A stretch of DNA of 34,925 nucleotides from an uncultured Bacillota bacterium (GTDB taxonomy: Bacteria; Bacillota_I; Bacilli_A; ML615J-28; CAG-313), in the NCBI GenBank assembly GCA_900317575.1, contig ONHH01000107.1, forward strand, positions 1 through 34,925, written 5' to 3'. Position 1 is the first letter of the stretch; the number at the start of each line of letters is the position of its first letter. The notes under the pieces are model-generated. The model worked only from the letters and a program-made list of their open reading frames with translations, did no database searches and had not been told where the DNA came from. Shown here piece after piece: positions 8,157-15,855 of this stretch. A program made the position numbers and the translations under genes.

Positions 8157-9329
8157 ATGGATTATCGTAAAGAATCTCTAAAGAAACATGCTGAATGGCA
8201 AGGTAAAATAGAGATTAAACCGAGAGTTGAAGTAGATACAAGGGAAAAATTATCATTAGCTTATACTCCAGGAGTAGCAGAGCCATGTCTTGCGATAAGA
8301 GATGATCAAGATAAAAGCTTTACTTTAACTAGAAGATGGAATACAGTTCCTGTTATTACTGATGGAACAGCAGTTCTTGGATTAGGAAATATTGGTCCTT
8401 TAGCTGGTATGCCAGTAATGGAAGGTAAATGTGCTCTCTTTAAGACCTTTGGTGATGTTGATGCATATCCATTATGTATTAATACTACTGATACAGAAGA
8501 AATAATTAAAACAATTAAATTATTTGCTGGATCATGGGGAGGCATTAATCTAGAAGATATTTCAGCACCTCGTTGTTTTGAAATAGAAACAAGATTAAAA
8601 GAAGAATTAGATATTCCAGTATTCCATGATGATCAACATGGAACTGCTATTGTAACTGCAGCCGCTTTACTTAATGCCTTAAAACTTGCTAATAAGAAAT
8701 TAGAAGAAGTTAAAATTGTTATTAATGGAGCAGGTGCTGCTGGTATATCTATTTGTAAATACCTACTAAGCTTTGGTGCAAAACATGTTATAGTTTGTGA
8801 TTTAAAAGGAATTATCTATGATGGTGCTCCATGGTTAAATGAACCACAAAAGGAAATCGCAAAATTAACTAATCAATCAAAGAAATCTGGTTTACTTAAA
8901 GATGCAATGCTAAATAGTGATGTCTTTATTGGTGTATCTGGACCTAATTGTGTAACTAAAGAAATGGTTAAATCAATGAATGATAAATCAATTCTCTTTA
9001 CACTTGCTAACCCAGTTCCAGAAATCAATCCTAAGGACGCAAAAGAAGCAGGTGCATTTATTATTGGAACAGGTTCTAGTGAATACGCAAATCAAATCAA
9101 TAATGTATTAGTATTCCCAGGCTTATTTAGAGGAGCATTAGATGCTAGAAGCTCAACTATTAATATTGAAATGATGAAGGCTGCATCAATTGGTATTAGT
9201 AGTTGTGTAAGTGATGAAGAATTATCACCTGATTATATTCTTCCATATGCTTATGATAAAAAAGCTCATAAAGCTGTAAGTAAAGCTGTTAAAGAAGCTG
9301 CTTATAGAACCGGAGTTAATAAAATATAA
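8157..9329 (+). CDS. NAD(P)-dependent malic enzyme (short, about 390-aa type)
   Basis: 390 aa. LSLAYTPGVAEPC, VITDGTAVLGLGNIGP, FGGINLEDI-like GGINLEDISAPRCFEIE, and the dinucleotide fold INGAGAAG. SD AGGAG. Confidence 0.9.
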   Translation: MDYRKESLKKHAEWQGKIEIKPRVEVDTREKLSLAYTPGVAEPCLAIRDDQDKSFTLTRRWNTVPVITDGTAVLGLGNIGPLAGMPVMEGKCALFKTFGDVDAYPLCINTTDTEEIIKTIKLFAGSWGGINLEDISAPRCFEIETRLKEELDIPVFHDDQHGTAIVTAAALLNALKLANKKLEEVKIVINGAGAAGISICKYLLSFGAKHVIVCDLKGIIYDGAPWLNEPQKEIAKLTNQSKKSGLLKDAMLNSDVFIGVSGPNCVTKEMVKSMNDKSILFTLANPVPEINPKDAKEAGAFIIGTGSSEYANQINNVLVFPGLFRGALDARSSTINIEMMKAASIGISSCVSDEELSPDYILPYAYDKKAHKAVSKAVKEAAYRTGVNKI

Positions 9330-9333
9330 AATA

Positions 9334-9369
9334 AAAAATAGAGTTCTAAATATTTAGAACTCTATTTTT
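9334..9369. terminator. bidirectional terminator between the malic enzyme gene and def
   Basis: Long palindrome AAAAATAGAGTTCTAAATATTTAGAACTCTATTTTT. Overlaps the def stop codon. Confidence 0.8.
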
Positions 9370-9958
9370 GTTCTTCATTTTTCTCATCATCAAATATTAT
9401 TGGTGATGCATTATCAGGAATCTCATATGGATTAATTGGATTTGCTTTAGATACAAATAAGATACCATTTAAATGATCAAATTCATGATTAAAGACAACA
9501 GATAAATAGCCTTTTAATTTAATTCTTTCTTTTTTTAATTCTCTTGTTTCATAATTGTAAACATAGGATTCAATCATAGTTCTTCTGGGTCTAAAGATAT
9601 AAGCATCACATTTACGATCAACTGATAAACATCCTTCTCCACCAGGTAGATATGCTAATTCATCAGAATATGATAAAATCTTGGGATTAACTAAAAATAA
9701 TTCATGATCTTTATAATGCTCATCTGGGGCTATTATCGCAATCATTTTTTTTAAGACGCCAATTTGTGGTGCTGCAATGCCAACTGCAGGACGATAATCA
9801 GGATTATCAATATTTTCTTCTTTAATAGATTCTTTTACATAATCAATCATATCTCTTAAGATATTTTCATCTTCAACTGACAATGGTAAATTAACATCTA
9901 TTGATTTTTCATTAAGAAGGGGATTTCCTTCTTTTAAAACATTTTTCATTGTAATCAT
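9362..9958 (-). CDS. def: peptide deformylase
   Basis: Motifs GIAAPQIG, EGCLS and HEFDHLNG. I moved the start to the ATG at 9956-9958 (MITMKNV...), which has GAGGT upstream. The ORF-track start at 10012 lies inside the promoter. Confidence 0.9.
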   Translation of the reverse strand: MITMKNVLKEGNPLLNEKSIDVNLPLSVEDENILRDMIDYVKESIKEENIDNPDYRPAVGIAAPQIGVLKKMIAIIAPDEHYKDHELFLVNPKILSYSDELAYLPGGEGCLSVDRKCDAYIFRPRRTMIESYVYNYETRELKKERIKLKGYLSVVFNHEFDHLNGILFVSKANPINPYEIPDNASPIIFDDEKNEEQK

Positions 9959-9976
9959 AATCTTTACCTCATAAAT

Positions 9977-10005
9977 ATTATACACTAAATTAGTGTTTTT
10001 TTCAA
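9977..10005 (-). promoter_or_regulatory. def promoter
   Basis: The minus strand reads TTGAAA, a 17-nt spacer, then TATAAT. Confidence 0.6.
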
Positions 10006-10011
10006 GGGACA

Positions 10012-10047
10012 AACAAAAAAGGGTAAGTGATACTTACCCTCTTTTTT
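10012..10047 (-). terminator. terminator downstream of mscL
   Basis: Stem AGGGTAAGT / ACTTACCCT (10020-10040) with a 3-nt loop. It is flanked by A- and T-runs, giving a U-run on the minus-strand transcript. Confidence 0.75.
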
Positions 10048-10050
10048 ATC

Positions 10051-10629
10051 CTATTTATCTAATTTGTGTAATAGTTCTACTAATAATTCGTTAGTAGTTT
10101 TTTCTTCTGCTTTAATCTTATCAAGTCTTGCTTGTTCTTCAGCAGCTTCAATTTCAGCTTTTGCTTGAGCTTCTTGTTCAGCCTTTAGAGCTTCTTCATC
10201 AACAGGATTAAGTCTTGCTTCTCTAGCAGCTTTCTTTTCTTCCATTTTATTATGAACACCATTAATGATCTTAATAATTAGGAATAATACTAACGCAATA
10301 AGTAAGAAGTTGATGATTGCTTCAATAAAGTTAGACCAATTAATGAAAATACATTTTGGATTTACTGTCATTAATGGTTCATCAACAGTACCAGTATTAA
10401 TTAAATATTCTTCTTTATTTAGAACAGTAATTAATAATACTTCTTTTCCATTAGTAATTAATGAAATAACGGCATTAATTAGGGGCATTAAGATATCATT
10501 AGTTAATGATGTAACAATCTTAGTAAATGCACCCGCAATGATAACGCCGACAGCCATGTCAACTACATTACCACGAGTAATGAAAGCTTTAAATTCTGCG
10601 AAAAAACCTTTTTTATCTTTCTTTGCCAT
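10051..10629 (-). CDS. mscL: large-conductance mechanosensitive channel MscL with an extended charged C-terminal helix
   Basis: FKAFITRGNVVDMAVGVIIAGAFTKIVTSLTNDILMPLI is the MscL TM1 signature. Start set to MAKKDKKGFF (ATG 10627-10629) with GAGAGGTG upstream. The ORF-track start at 10677 overlaps the -35 element. Confidence 0.85.
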   Translation of the reverse strand: MAKKDKKGFFAEFKAFITRGNVVDMAVGVIIAGAFTKIVTSLTNDILMPLINAVISLITNGKEVLLITVLNKEEYLINTGTVDEPLMTVNPKCIFINWSNFIEAIINFLLIALVLFLIIKIINGVHNKMEEKKAAREARLNPVDEEALKAEQEAQAKAEIEAAEEQARLDKIKAEEKTTNELLVELLHKLDK

Positions 10630-10648
10630 AAATATCACCTCTCTCTTT

Positions 10649-10677
10649 ATTATACCAAAAAAATAAAATATTGCCAA
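10649..10677 (-). promoter_or_regulatory. mscL promoter
   Basis: The minus strand reads TTGGCA, a 17-nt spacer, then TATAAT. The last three spacer bases are TGG, giving an extended -10. Confidence 0.6.
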
Positions 10678-10692
10678 AAAATATACTTATAA

Positions 10693-10722
10693 TTGAACAA
10701 AGTAAATAAAATTTGCTATAAT
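10693..10722 (+). promoter_or_regulatory. promoter of the UPF0223 gene
   Basis: TTGAAC (10693-10698), 18-nt spacer, TGcTATAAT (10714-10722). Confidence 0.55.
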
Positions 10723-10738
10723 ATATTGAGGTGAGAAG

Positions 10739-11005
10739 ATGAAAACAAAAGAAGAAAATATAAGTTTTGATATTGATTATGATTCATTTACTAAAGATGA
10801 AATCATTAAGATTATTGAATTCTTTAATCAGGTTACATTATATGTGGATGGTAAAATCAGTAGTGATTATTTCTTAGAAAGATATAATGAATATCGTAAG
10901 ATTTTAAATAGTCCATCATTTGAAAAACGTTATGATAAAATGTATTTTGATCAAACAGGAATATCAATATATAAATTAATTAAGGAGATAAAGGATAATA
11001 AATAA
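10739..11005 (+). CDS. UPF0223 (YktA-like) small protein
   Basis: 88 aa, the same length as B. subtilis YktA as I recall it. Shared pattern: DYD.(F/W)...E......F(F/Y), then Y..(F/Y)(R/K).I(L/V).S..(E)(K/E)(K/R).(D)K.(F)....G.SIY..I. Confidence 0.55.
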   Translation: MKTKEENISFDIDYDSFTKDEIIKIIEFFNQVTLYVDGKISSDYFLERYNEYRKILNSPSFEKRYDKMYFDQTGISIYKLIKEIKDNK

Positions 11006-11023
11006 TGTGTCAAGTTAAATTAC

Positions 11024-11052
11024 TTGACAGCGCTTTAATAATATTGTATAAT
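11024..11052 (+). promoter_or_regulatory. rpsP promoter
   Basis: TTGACA (11024-11029), 17-nt spacer, TATAAT (11047-11052). A cre-like TGACAGCGCTTTAA (11025-11038) overlaps the -35. Confidence 0.65.
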
Positions 11053-11086
11053 ATAGACAGTTAAATTAAGAAGGAGGTATACACAA

Positions 11087-11353
11087 ATGGTTAAATTAAG
11101 ATCTCAAAGATTTGGTTCAAAAAAGAATCCTTTCTATCGTATTGTAGCCACTGACTCTCGTAATCCTCGTGATGGTAGATATATTGAAATAGTTGGTACA
11201 TATGATCCACTAGCTAATCCTGTAAAAGTTACTTTCGATGAAGAAAAGGTACAAAAATGGTTAGCTGTTGGTGCTAAACCTACTGATACAGTTAAGTCTT
11301 TATTAAAGAAACAAGGTTTACTTAATAAGGCTAATGAGAAGAGTGAAGAGTAG
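11087..11353 (+). CDS. rpsP: 30S ribosomal protein bS16
   Basis: [49 protein letters not shown]. Confidence 0.95.
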   Translation: MVKLRSQRFGSKKNPFYRIVATDSRNPRDGRYIEIVGTYDPLANPVKVTFDEEKVQKWLAVGAKPTDTVKSLLKKQGLLNKANEKSEE

Positions 11354-11617
11354 GTGATTGAAGTGGATAGCGTTAATTATGTTAATCTAGTAACGGAAAT
11401 CATTAAACCTTTAGTATCTCATCCAGAAGATGTCGTAGTTAACCAAAAAGAATTTGTTGATAATAATTGTAAATTAACAGTTATTGTTAATAAAGATGAT
11501 ATTGGTCGTGTTATTGGCAAAAAAGGAAGAGTAGCATCATCAATTAGAACAATTGTTCATGCAGCTAGTATTAGATGCAAACAAAATGTCGAAATTGAAT
11601 TTATTGACGAAGAATAA
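11354..11617 (+). CDS. khpA: KH-domain RNA-binding protein (YlqC/KhpA family)
   Basis: 87 aa. GxxG KH loop in VIGKKGRVASSIRTIVHAA. Canonical position directly after rpsP. GTG start abuts the rpsP stop. Confidence 0.8.
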   Translation: MIEVDSVNYVNLVTEIIKPLVSHPEDVVVNQKEFVDNNCKLTVIVNKDDIGRVIGKKGRVASSIRTIVHAASIRCKQNVEIEFIDEE

Positions 11618-11643
11618 CTATACTTTAAGTATAGTTTTTTTCT
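11617..11643 (+). terminator. rho-independent terminator after khpA
   Basis: Perfect palindrome AACTATACTT/AAGTATAGTT (11617-11636) followed by a T-run. Confidence 0.75.
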
Positions 11644-11647
11644 TTAT

Positions 11648-11676
11648 TTGCTATTATTTAATAAATATTGTATAAT
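11648..11676 (+). promoter_or_regulatory. promoter of the P-type ATPase (and probably of rimM-trmD)
   Basis: TTGCTA (11648-11653), 17-nt spacer, TATAAT (11671-11676). SD AAGGAGG at 11682-11688. Confidence 0.6.
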
Positions 11677-11696
11677 ATATTAAGGAGGTTAAGTCC

Positions 11697-14210
11697 ATGG
11701 AAGTCAAAAAGTATCAAATAACAAAGATGAGTTCTGGTAAAGGACTTAATCGTATTGTTAATGAAATAAAGAAAATTGATTCAGTCTTTAACGCAACAAT
11801 TGATCGAGAAACAAAGATTTTAGTTGTTGAATGTACTCCACCTGAAGAAAAATATAAATTAGATGATTATTATAAATCATTAAATAATAAAATCTTAAAA
11901 GCTATTCGTGTTTTTGAAAAGAAAGCTAATATAGAATCAATCGATGAAAAAGAAATCTATCGTCGAGTTCTCTATTTAAATGGCTTGGATTGTGCTTATT
12001 GTGGTTTAAGAGTAGAAACCTTAGCTAAACAAGAATTCAATCATCAAAGAATAGTTGTTGATTATCCTACATATCGTTTTATTATTGAAACAACTGATAA
12101 AGATTTAATTGATCATATTGAAGAAAGAGTATCGGATATTGCTCATAAGGTTGATGAAAGAATTGTTGTTCAAAGTGCTGAAAAAGGAAAACCAATTGAA
12201 CAAGAAATATCAACTAAGATGAAGAAACCACAAGTAATCATTATGCTTATTGGTACCTTATTATTAATAGTAGGAATCATGATAGCATATGATTTTAAAG
12301 CAATTTTTCTTCAACGTAATTATTCACCAATTCAAGGCGCTCAAGGCTATATTGGTGCATCAATTTTAATTGCGGGTTATTTATTAGTAGGTCATCAAAT
12401 AATTTTTAGATTCATTAAGAATCTTTTTAGAGGAAGAATCTTTGATGAGAATTTCTTGATGACGATTGCGTCAGTCGGAGCTATTATTACTCAACACTTC
12501 CCTGAAGCGGGATTGATTATGATTCTATATCAATTAGGTGAATTCTTACAAAATCTAGCTGTTAATAGAAGTCGTAAATCAATTCAAGAACTTCTTAGCT
12601 ATGAAGTACAACTAGTTAAGGTAAGATTAGGTGAAGATATCACCGAAATTGGTGTTGAAGGAGTATTACCTGATGATGTAATTATTATCTCTAAAGGAGA
12701 AATGATTCCAGTTGATGGTATTGTATGTAAGGGTAGAACAATCCTTGATACGAAAAATATTACTGGTGAATCAAAAGCACGTCAAGTAAATGTCAATGAT
12801 GAAGTATTATCAGGTAGTTTAAATTTAGGTTCTAATATTGAAATTAGAGTTACTAGAGCTTATAATAATTCGATGATGACAAGAATCTTAGATATGGTTG
12901 AGAATGCAACTATTAATAAATCAAAGAGTGAAAACTTTATTACTCGATTCTGTCGTTATTATACACCAATTGTTGTGGGAATTGCGGGGATCTTATTATT
13001 AGTAGGTATTATTGGTGGCTTCTTCCATCCTGGTTATGAAGATTATTTAAGCTTCTTTATGCATTGGTTATATGTAGCTAGTGAATATTTAATTATTTCT
13101 TGTCCATGTGCTCTTGTTATCAGTGTACCACTAGCCTTCTTCTGTGGTATTGGTGTTGCGAGTAAAAGAGGTATCTTAATTAGAGGATCTAATTTCCTTG
13201 AAGCATCAGCTAATATTGAAAATATTGTTTTTGATAAAACTGGTACCTTAACTAAAGGTAATTTCGTTATTACTAACGTTGTAACTGCACCCGGATATAA
13301 ACCAGAAGAAGTAAAAAGATTATTCTTATATACTGAATATTATTCTGATCATCCAATTGGTAGAAGCTTAGTAGATGATGCAGGACGTGATGGTATCTTT
13401 ACCGAAATTATTGATGATTTCCATTCCATGCTAGGTGGTGCTCGTGCAACTATTAATGGTAGTCATATCATCGTAGCTAATAGAAGACTTGCGATAAAAG
13501 AAAAATTAGTTTTCCCTGAAGTCTTTAATCCTAATCTAGTCATCTATGTCTTTAAAGAAAGAATCTTTATTGGCTATGTAGTAATCGGTGATTCGATTAG
13601 AGAAGATGCTTATCCAACCATTAATAAATTAAGAAAGAATGGTATTGATAAGGTTATTATGCTAACTGGTGATTCTAAATCCATTGCTGATAATGTAGCA
13701 AACGTTCTACAAATCGATGAAGTATATGCTGAACTTCTTCCTGATGAAAAAGTAGAATATATGGATAAAATTAAAGAATCATCTAAGCGAAAGAATAGTA
13801 CAACTGCTTATGTTGGTGATGGTATTAACGATGCACCAGTCATTGCCGCGAGTGATGTTGGTATCGCAATGGGTGATACCGCAAGCGATGCAACTATTTC
13901 GATATCCGATATTGTAATTATGAGTGATGATTTAAATAAATTAAATGAACTCATGAAAATTACTAGAGCTACTAAACGTAAAGTAATCTTTAATATTGCG
14001 TTTAGTTTAGCTATTAAAGGTTTAATTGCTATTGTAGCACTACTTGCGCATAGTGAAGAAACGGAGATTTTATCTTTATGGCTAGCAATCTTCTCCGATG
14101 TTGGAGTATCGCTTCTCGCAATCCTTAATTCCTTAACCTTACTTAGATTATTTGGTAAACAAAAGAAAATCGATTTAGGAGGATCAGCAAATGACAAAGA
14201 AGTATCTTAA
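11697..14210 (+). CDS. heavy-metal-translocating P1B-type ATPase (Zn/Cd-type signature)
   Basis: 837 aa. CPC in TM6 (13101-13109). DKTGTLT (Asp513, 13233-13235). GDGINDAP. C-terminal LAIFSDVGVSLLAILNSL. One HMA domain has LDCAYC (11991-12002). It is preceded by an HMA-like domain whose CxxC is replaced by KMSSGKG. Confidence 0.9.
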   Translation: MEVKKYQITKMSSGKGLNRIVNEIKKIDSVFNATIDRETKILVVECTPPEEKYKLDDYYKSLNNKILKAIRVFEKKANIESIDEKEIYRRVLYLNGLDCAYCGLRVETLAKQEFNHQRIVVDYPTYRFIIETTDKDLIDHIEERVSDIAHKVDERIVVQSAEKGKPIEQEISTKMKKPQVIIMLIGTLLLIVGIMIAYDFKAIFLQRNYSPIQGAQGYIGASILIAGYLLVGHQIIFRFIKNLFRGRIFDENFLMTIASVGAIITQHFPEAGLIMILYQLGEFLQNLAVNRSRKSIQELLSYEVQLVKVRLGEDITEIGVEGVLPDDVIIISKGEMIPVDGIVCKGRTILDTKNITGESKARQVNVNDEVLSGSLNLGSNIEIRVTRAYNNSMMTRILDMVENATINKSKSENFITRFCRYYTPIVVGIAGILLLVGIIGGFFHPGYEDYLSFFMHWLYVASEYLIISCPCALVISVPLAFFCGIGVASKRGILIRGSNFLEASANIENIVFDKTGTLTKGNFVITNVVTAPGYKPEEVKRLFLYTEYYSDHPIGRSLVDDAGRDGIFTEIIDDFHSMLGGARATINGSHIIVANRRLAIKEKLVFPEVFNPNLVIYVFKERIFIGYVVIGDSIREDAYPTINKLRKNGIDKVIMLTGDSKSIADNVANVLQIDEVYAELLPDEKVEYMDKIKESSKRKNSTTAYVGDGINDAPVIAASDVGIAMGDTASDATISISDIVIMSDDLNKLNELMKITRATKRKVIFNIAFSLAIKGLIAIVALLAHSEETEILSLWLAIFSDVGVSLLAILNSLTLLRLFGKQKKIDLGGSANDKEVS

Positions 14211-14700
14211 GGTTGGTCATATCGTTAATTCTTTTGGTTTAAAAGGAGAATTAAAAGTTGTAACTGAGAGTGATTTTATTGAAGAAAGATTTAAAAAAGG
14301 ATCAAAGATCTATTTTAAATATCATAATGACTATCAACTTCATATCATCAGCTCTATGCGTTTAATCAAGAATAATCCTATGATTACTCTTGATGAAAAA
14401 TATGATATCAATCAAGTATTAAATTATATTGGTCAAGATATCTATGTTGATAGTGCTGATAATCCTAAATTAAAAGATAATGAATATTTTATTGATGAAT
14501 TAATTGGTAAAAAAGTCTATGATGAAGATAGTAATTTCATCGGTATTTTAAATGATATCATCATCTTACCTAGTAATGATGTTATGGAAATAAAGAAAGA
14601 TAATGGCGAAATCATCTTAGCACCATTTATTAATGATTTCATCATCGATATTAAAGATGACATCATCATTAAGAAATATGAGGTGGAAAATGCGCTTTGA
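14191..14700 (+). CDS. rimM: 16S rRNA processing protein RimM
   Basis: KVGHIVNSFGLKGELKV signature. The AGGAGG SD lies inside the ATPase 3' end. 20-nt overlap with the ATPase CDS. Confidence 0.9.
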   Translation: MTKKYLKVGHIVNSFGLKGELKVVTESDFIEERFKKGSKIYFKYHNDYQLHIISSMRLIKNNPMITLDEKYDINQVLNYIGQDIYVDSADNPKLKDNEYFIDELIGKKVYDEDSNFIGILNDIIILPSNDVMEIKKDNGEIILAPFINDFIIDIKDDIIIKKYEVENAL

Positions 14701-15418
14701 TGTTTTAACTCTATTTCCTGATATGATAGAATCAACTATCAATGATTCCATCTTAAAAAGAGCAATTGATAAAAAGATCATTGAGGTTAATATTATTAAT
14801 TTTCGAGCTTTCAGTGATAATAAACATCTAACAGTTGATGATTATGCATATAGTGGGGGAAAAGGAATGTTAATTCGTTTTGATCCCATTGTTCGAGCTT
14901 TAAAAACTATTCCTGGATATGAAAAAGCTTTAAAAATTCTAACTACTCCATCAGGAGTATTATATAATCAAGAAAGAGCTAGAAATATTTCAACTAAATA
15001 TGATCATATTATCATCATCTGTGGTCATTATGAAGGAATTGACGCAAGAATCTTAAATTATGTAGATTTAGAATTATCTATTGGTGATTACATCTTAACT
15101 GGTGGGGAACTTGCAGCTTCTATTATTATTGATTCAGTATCCAGACTTATCCCTGGTGTAATCAGTGAAGGATCAACAGATATTGAAAGCTTTGAAAATA
15201 ATTTATTAGAATACCCTCAATATACTCGTCCTCAGAGTTATGATGGATATGAAGTACCAGAAATCTTAATATCTGGTCATCACGCAAATATTAAAAAATG
15301 GCAGCATCGTGAGTCTTTAAAAAAGACATATCTTATGCGACCAGATTTACTTGAAAAAGCGGATTTAAGTGCGGAAGATAAATTAATAATTGAGGAAATC
15401 AAGAATGAAGAAAAATAA
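14690..15418 (+). CDS. trmD: tRNA (guanine37-N1)-methyltransferase
   Basis: MRFDVLTLFPDM..., ICGHYEGIDARI, GDYILTGGELAA. Start moved to the ATG at 14690, which has GAGGTGG upstream and overlaps the rimM stop. The ORF-track start at 14633 is an in-frame extension inside rimM. Confidence 0.95.
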   Translation: MRFDVLTLFPDMIESTINDSILKRAIDKKIIEVNIINFRAFSDNKHLTVDDYAYSGGKGMLIRFDPIVRALKTIPGYEKALKILTTPSGVLYNQERARNISTKYDHIIIICGHYEGIDARILNYVDLELSIGDYILTGGELAASIIIDSVSRLIPGVISEGSTDIESFENNLLEYPQYTRPQSYDGYEVPEILISGHHANIKKWQHRESLKKTYLMRPDLLEKADLSAEDKLIIEEIKNEEK

Positions 15419-15839
15419 TATTTTATTAATCTTTTTATTCTTGATAATAATATCTTGTATATCTTGTAAAAAGAATGAATTAAAAATCTATCAGCATGAT
15501 GAAATCAATAATTATATTGATGAATTATATCAAACAATTAATGATTTATCTCTTAAATATGCTTGTTTTGATTTAAGAGATAAAGATATTTATGAAGAAG
15601 GTCATCTTCGTCAATTTCAGAATATTAATCAAGAACAATTAATAAATTATATCTTAGATAATTATCGTAATAATTATTATATTTATATCTTTTCTGAAAA
15701 TTATTTAGAAGATGATATTCTTAAAGAATTAGCTAATTATAAGGAAGTTCATATCTTAATTGATAATTATGATGAATTAAGAGCTTTAGGTGATGAATAT
15801 TTTATCTTTGATACAGGACCATATGATTGTATGTGTTAA
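15405..15839 (+). CDS. lipoprotein with a rhodanese-like domain, apparently without the catalytic Cys
   Basis: 144 aa from MKKNNILLIFLFLIIISCISC (lipobox). CFDLRDKDIYEEGHLRQFQNI resembles the rhodanese D.R...E...GHI.GA.NI block. No Cys-x5-Arg loop seen. The ATG overlaps the trmD 3' end by 14 nt, with GAGGAA upstream. Confidence 0.55.
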   Translation: MKKNNILLIFLFLIIISCISCKKNELKIYQHDEINNYIDELYQTINDLSLKYACFDLRDKDIYEEGHLRQFQNINQEQLINYILDNYRNNYYIYIFSENYLEDDILKELANYKEVHILIDNYDELRALGDEYFIFDTGPYDCMC

Positions 15840-15855
15840 ATAATAGGTGAAGAGA

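Noticed and set aside
9959-10012. N-terminal extensions in the ORF track: def to 10012, mscL to 10677, trmD from 14633, the 15390 start and the 19638 start
   Set aside because: In each case the extension runs through a -10/-35 promoter or through the upstream gene. An internal ATG with a proper SD gives the canonical family N-terminus (MITMK.., MAKKDKK.., MRFDVLTLFP.., MKKNN.., MKTQAK..).
10265-10666. 133-aa plus-strand ORF
   Set aside because: It is antisense to mscL, whose protein has unmistakable family motifs. It has no SD or promoter and a low-complexity Ile/Asn/Lys composition.
13808-14197. 129-aa minus-strand ORF
   Set aside because: It is antisense to the conserved C-terminal part of the P-type ATPase (GDGINDAP region), so it is a shadow ORF.
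11617-14210. P1B ATPase as cargo of a mobile element
   Set aside because: I could see no transposase, integrase, inverted terminal repeats or flanking direct repeats. The gene is translationally interlocked with rimM. This is more consistent with an old rearrangement than a recent insertion.
14698-14700. Genetic code 4 (TGA = Trp), as in Mycoplasma/Spiroplasma
   Set aside because: TGA terminates rimM exactly where trmD begins. All long ORFs close properly under code 11, and Trp at conserved positions is TGG.
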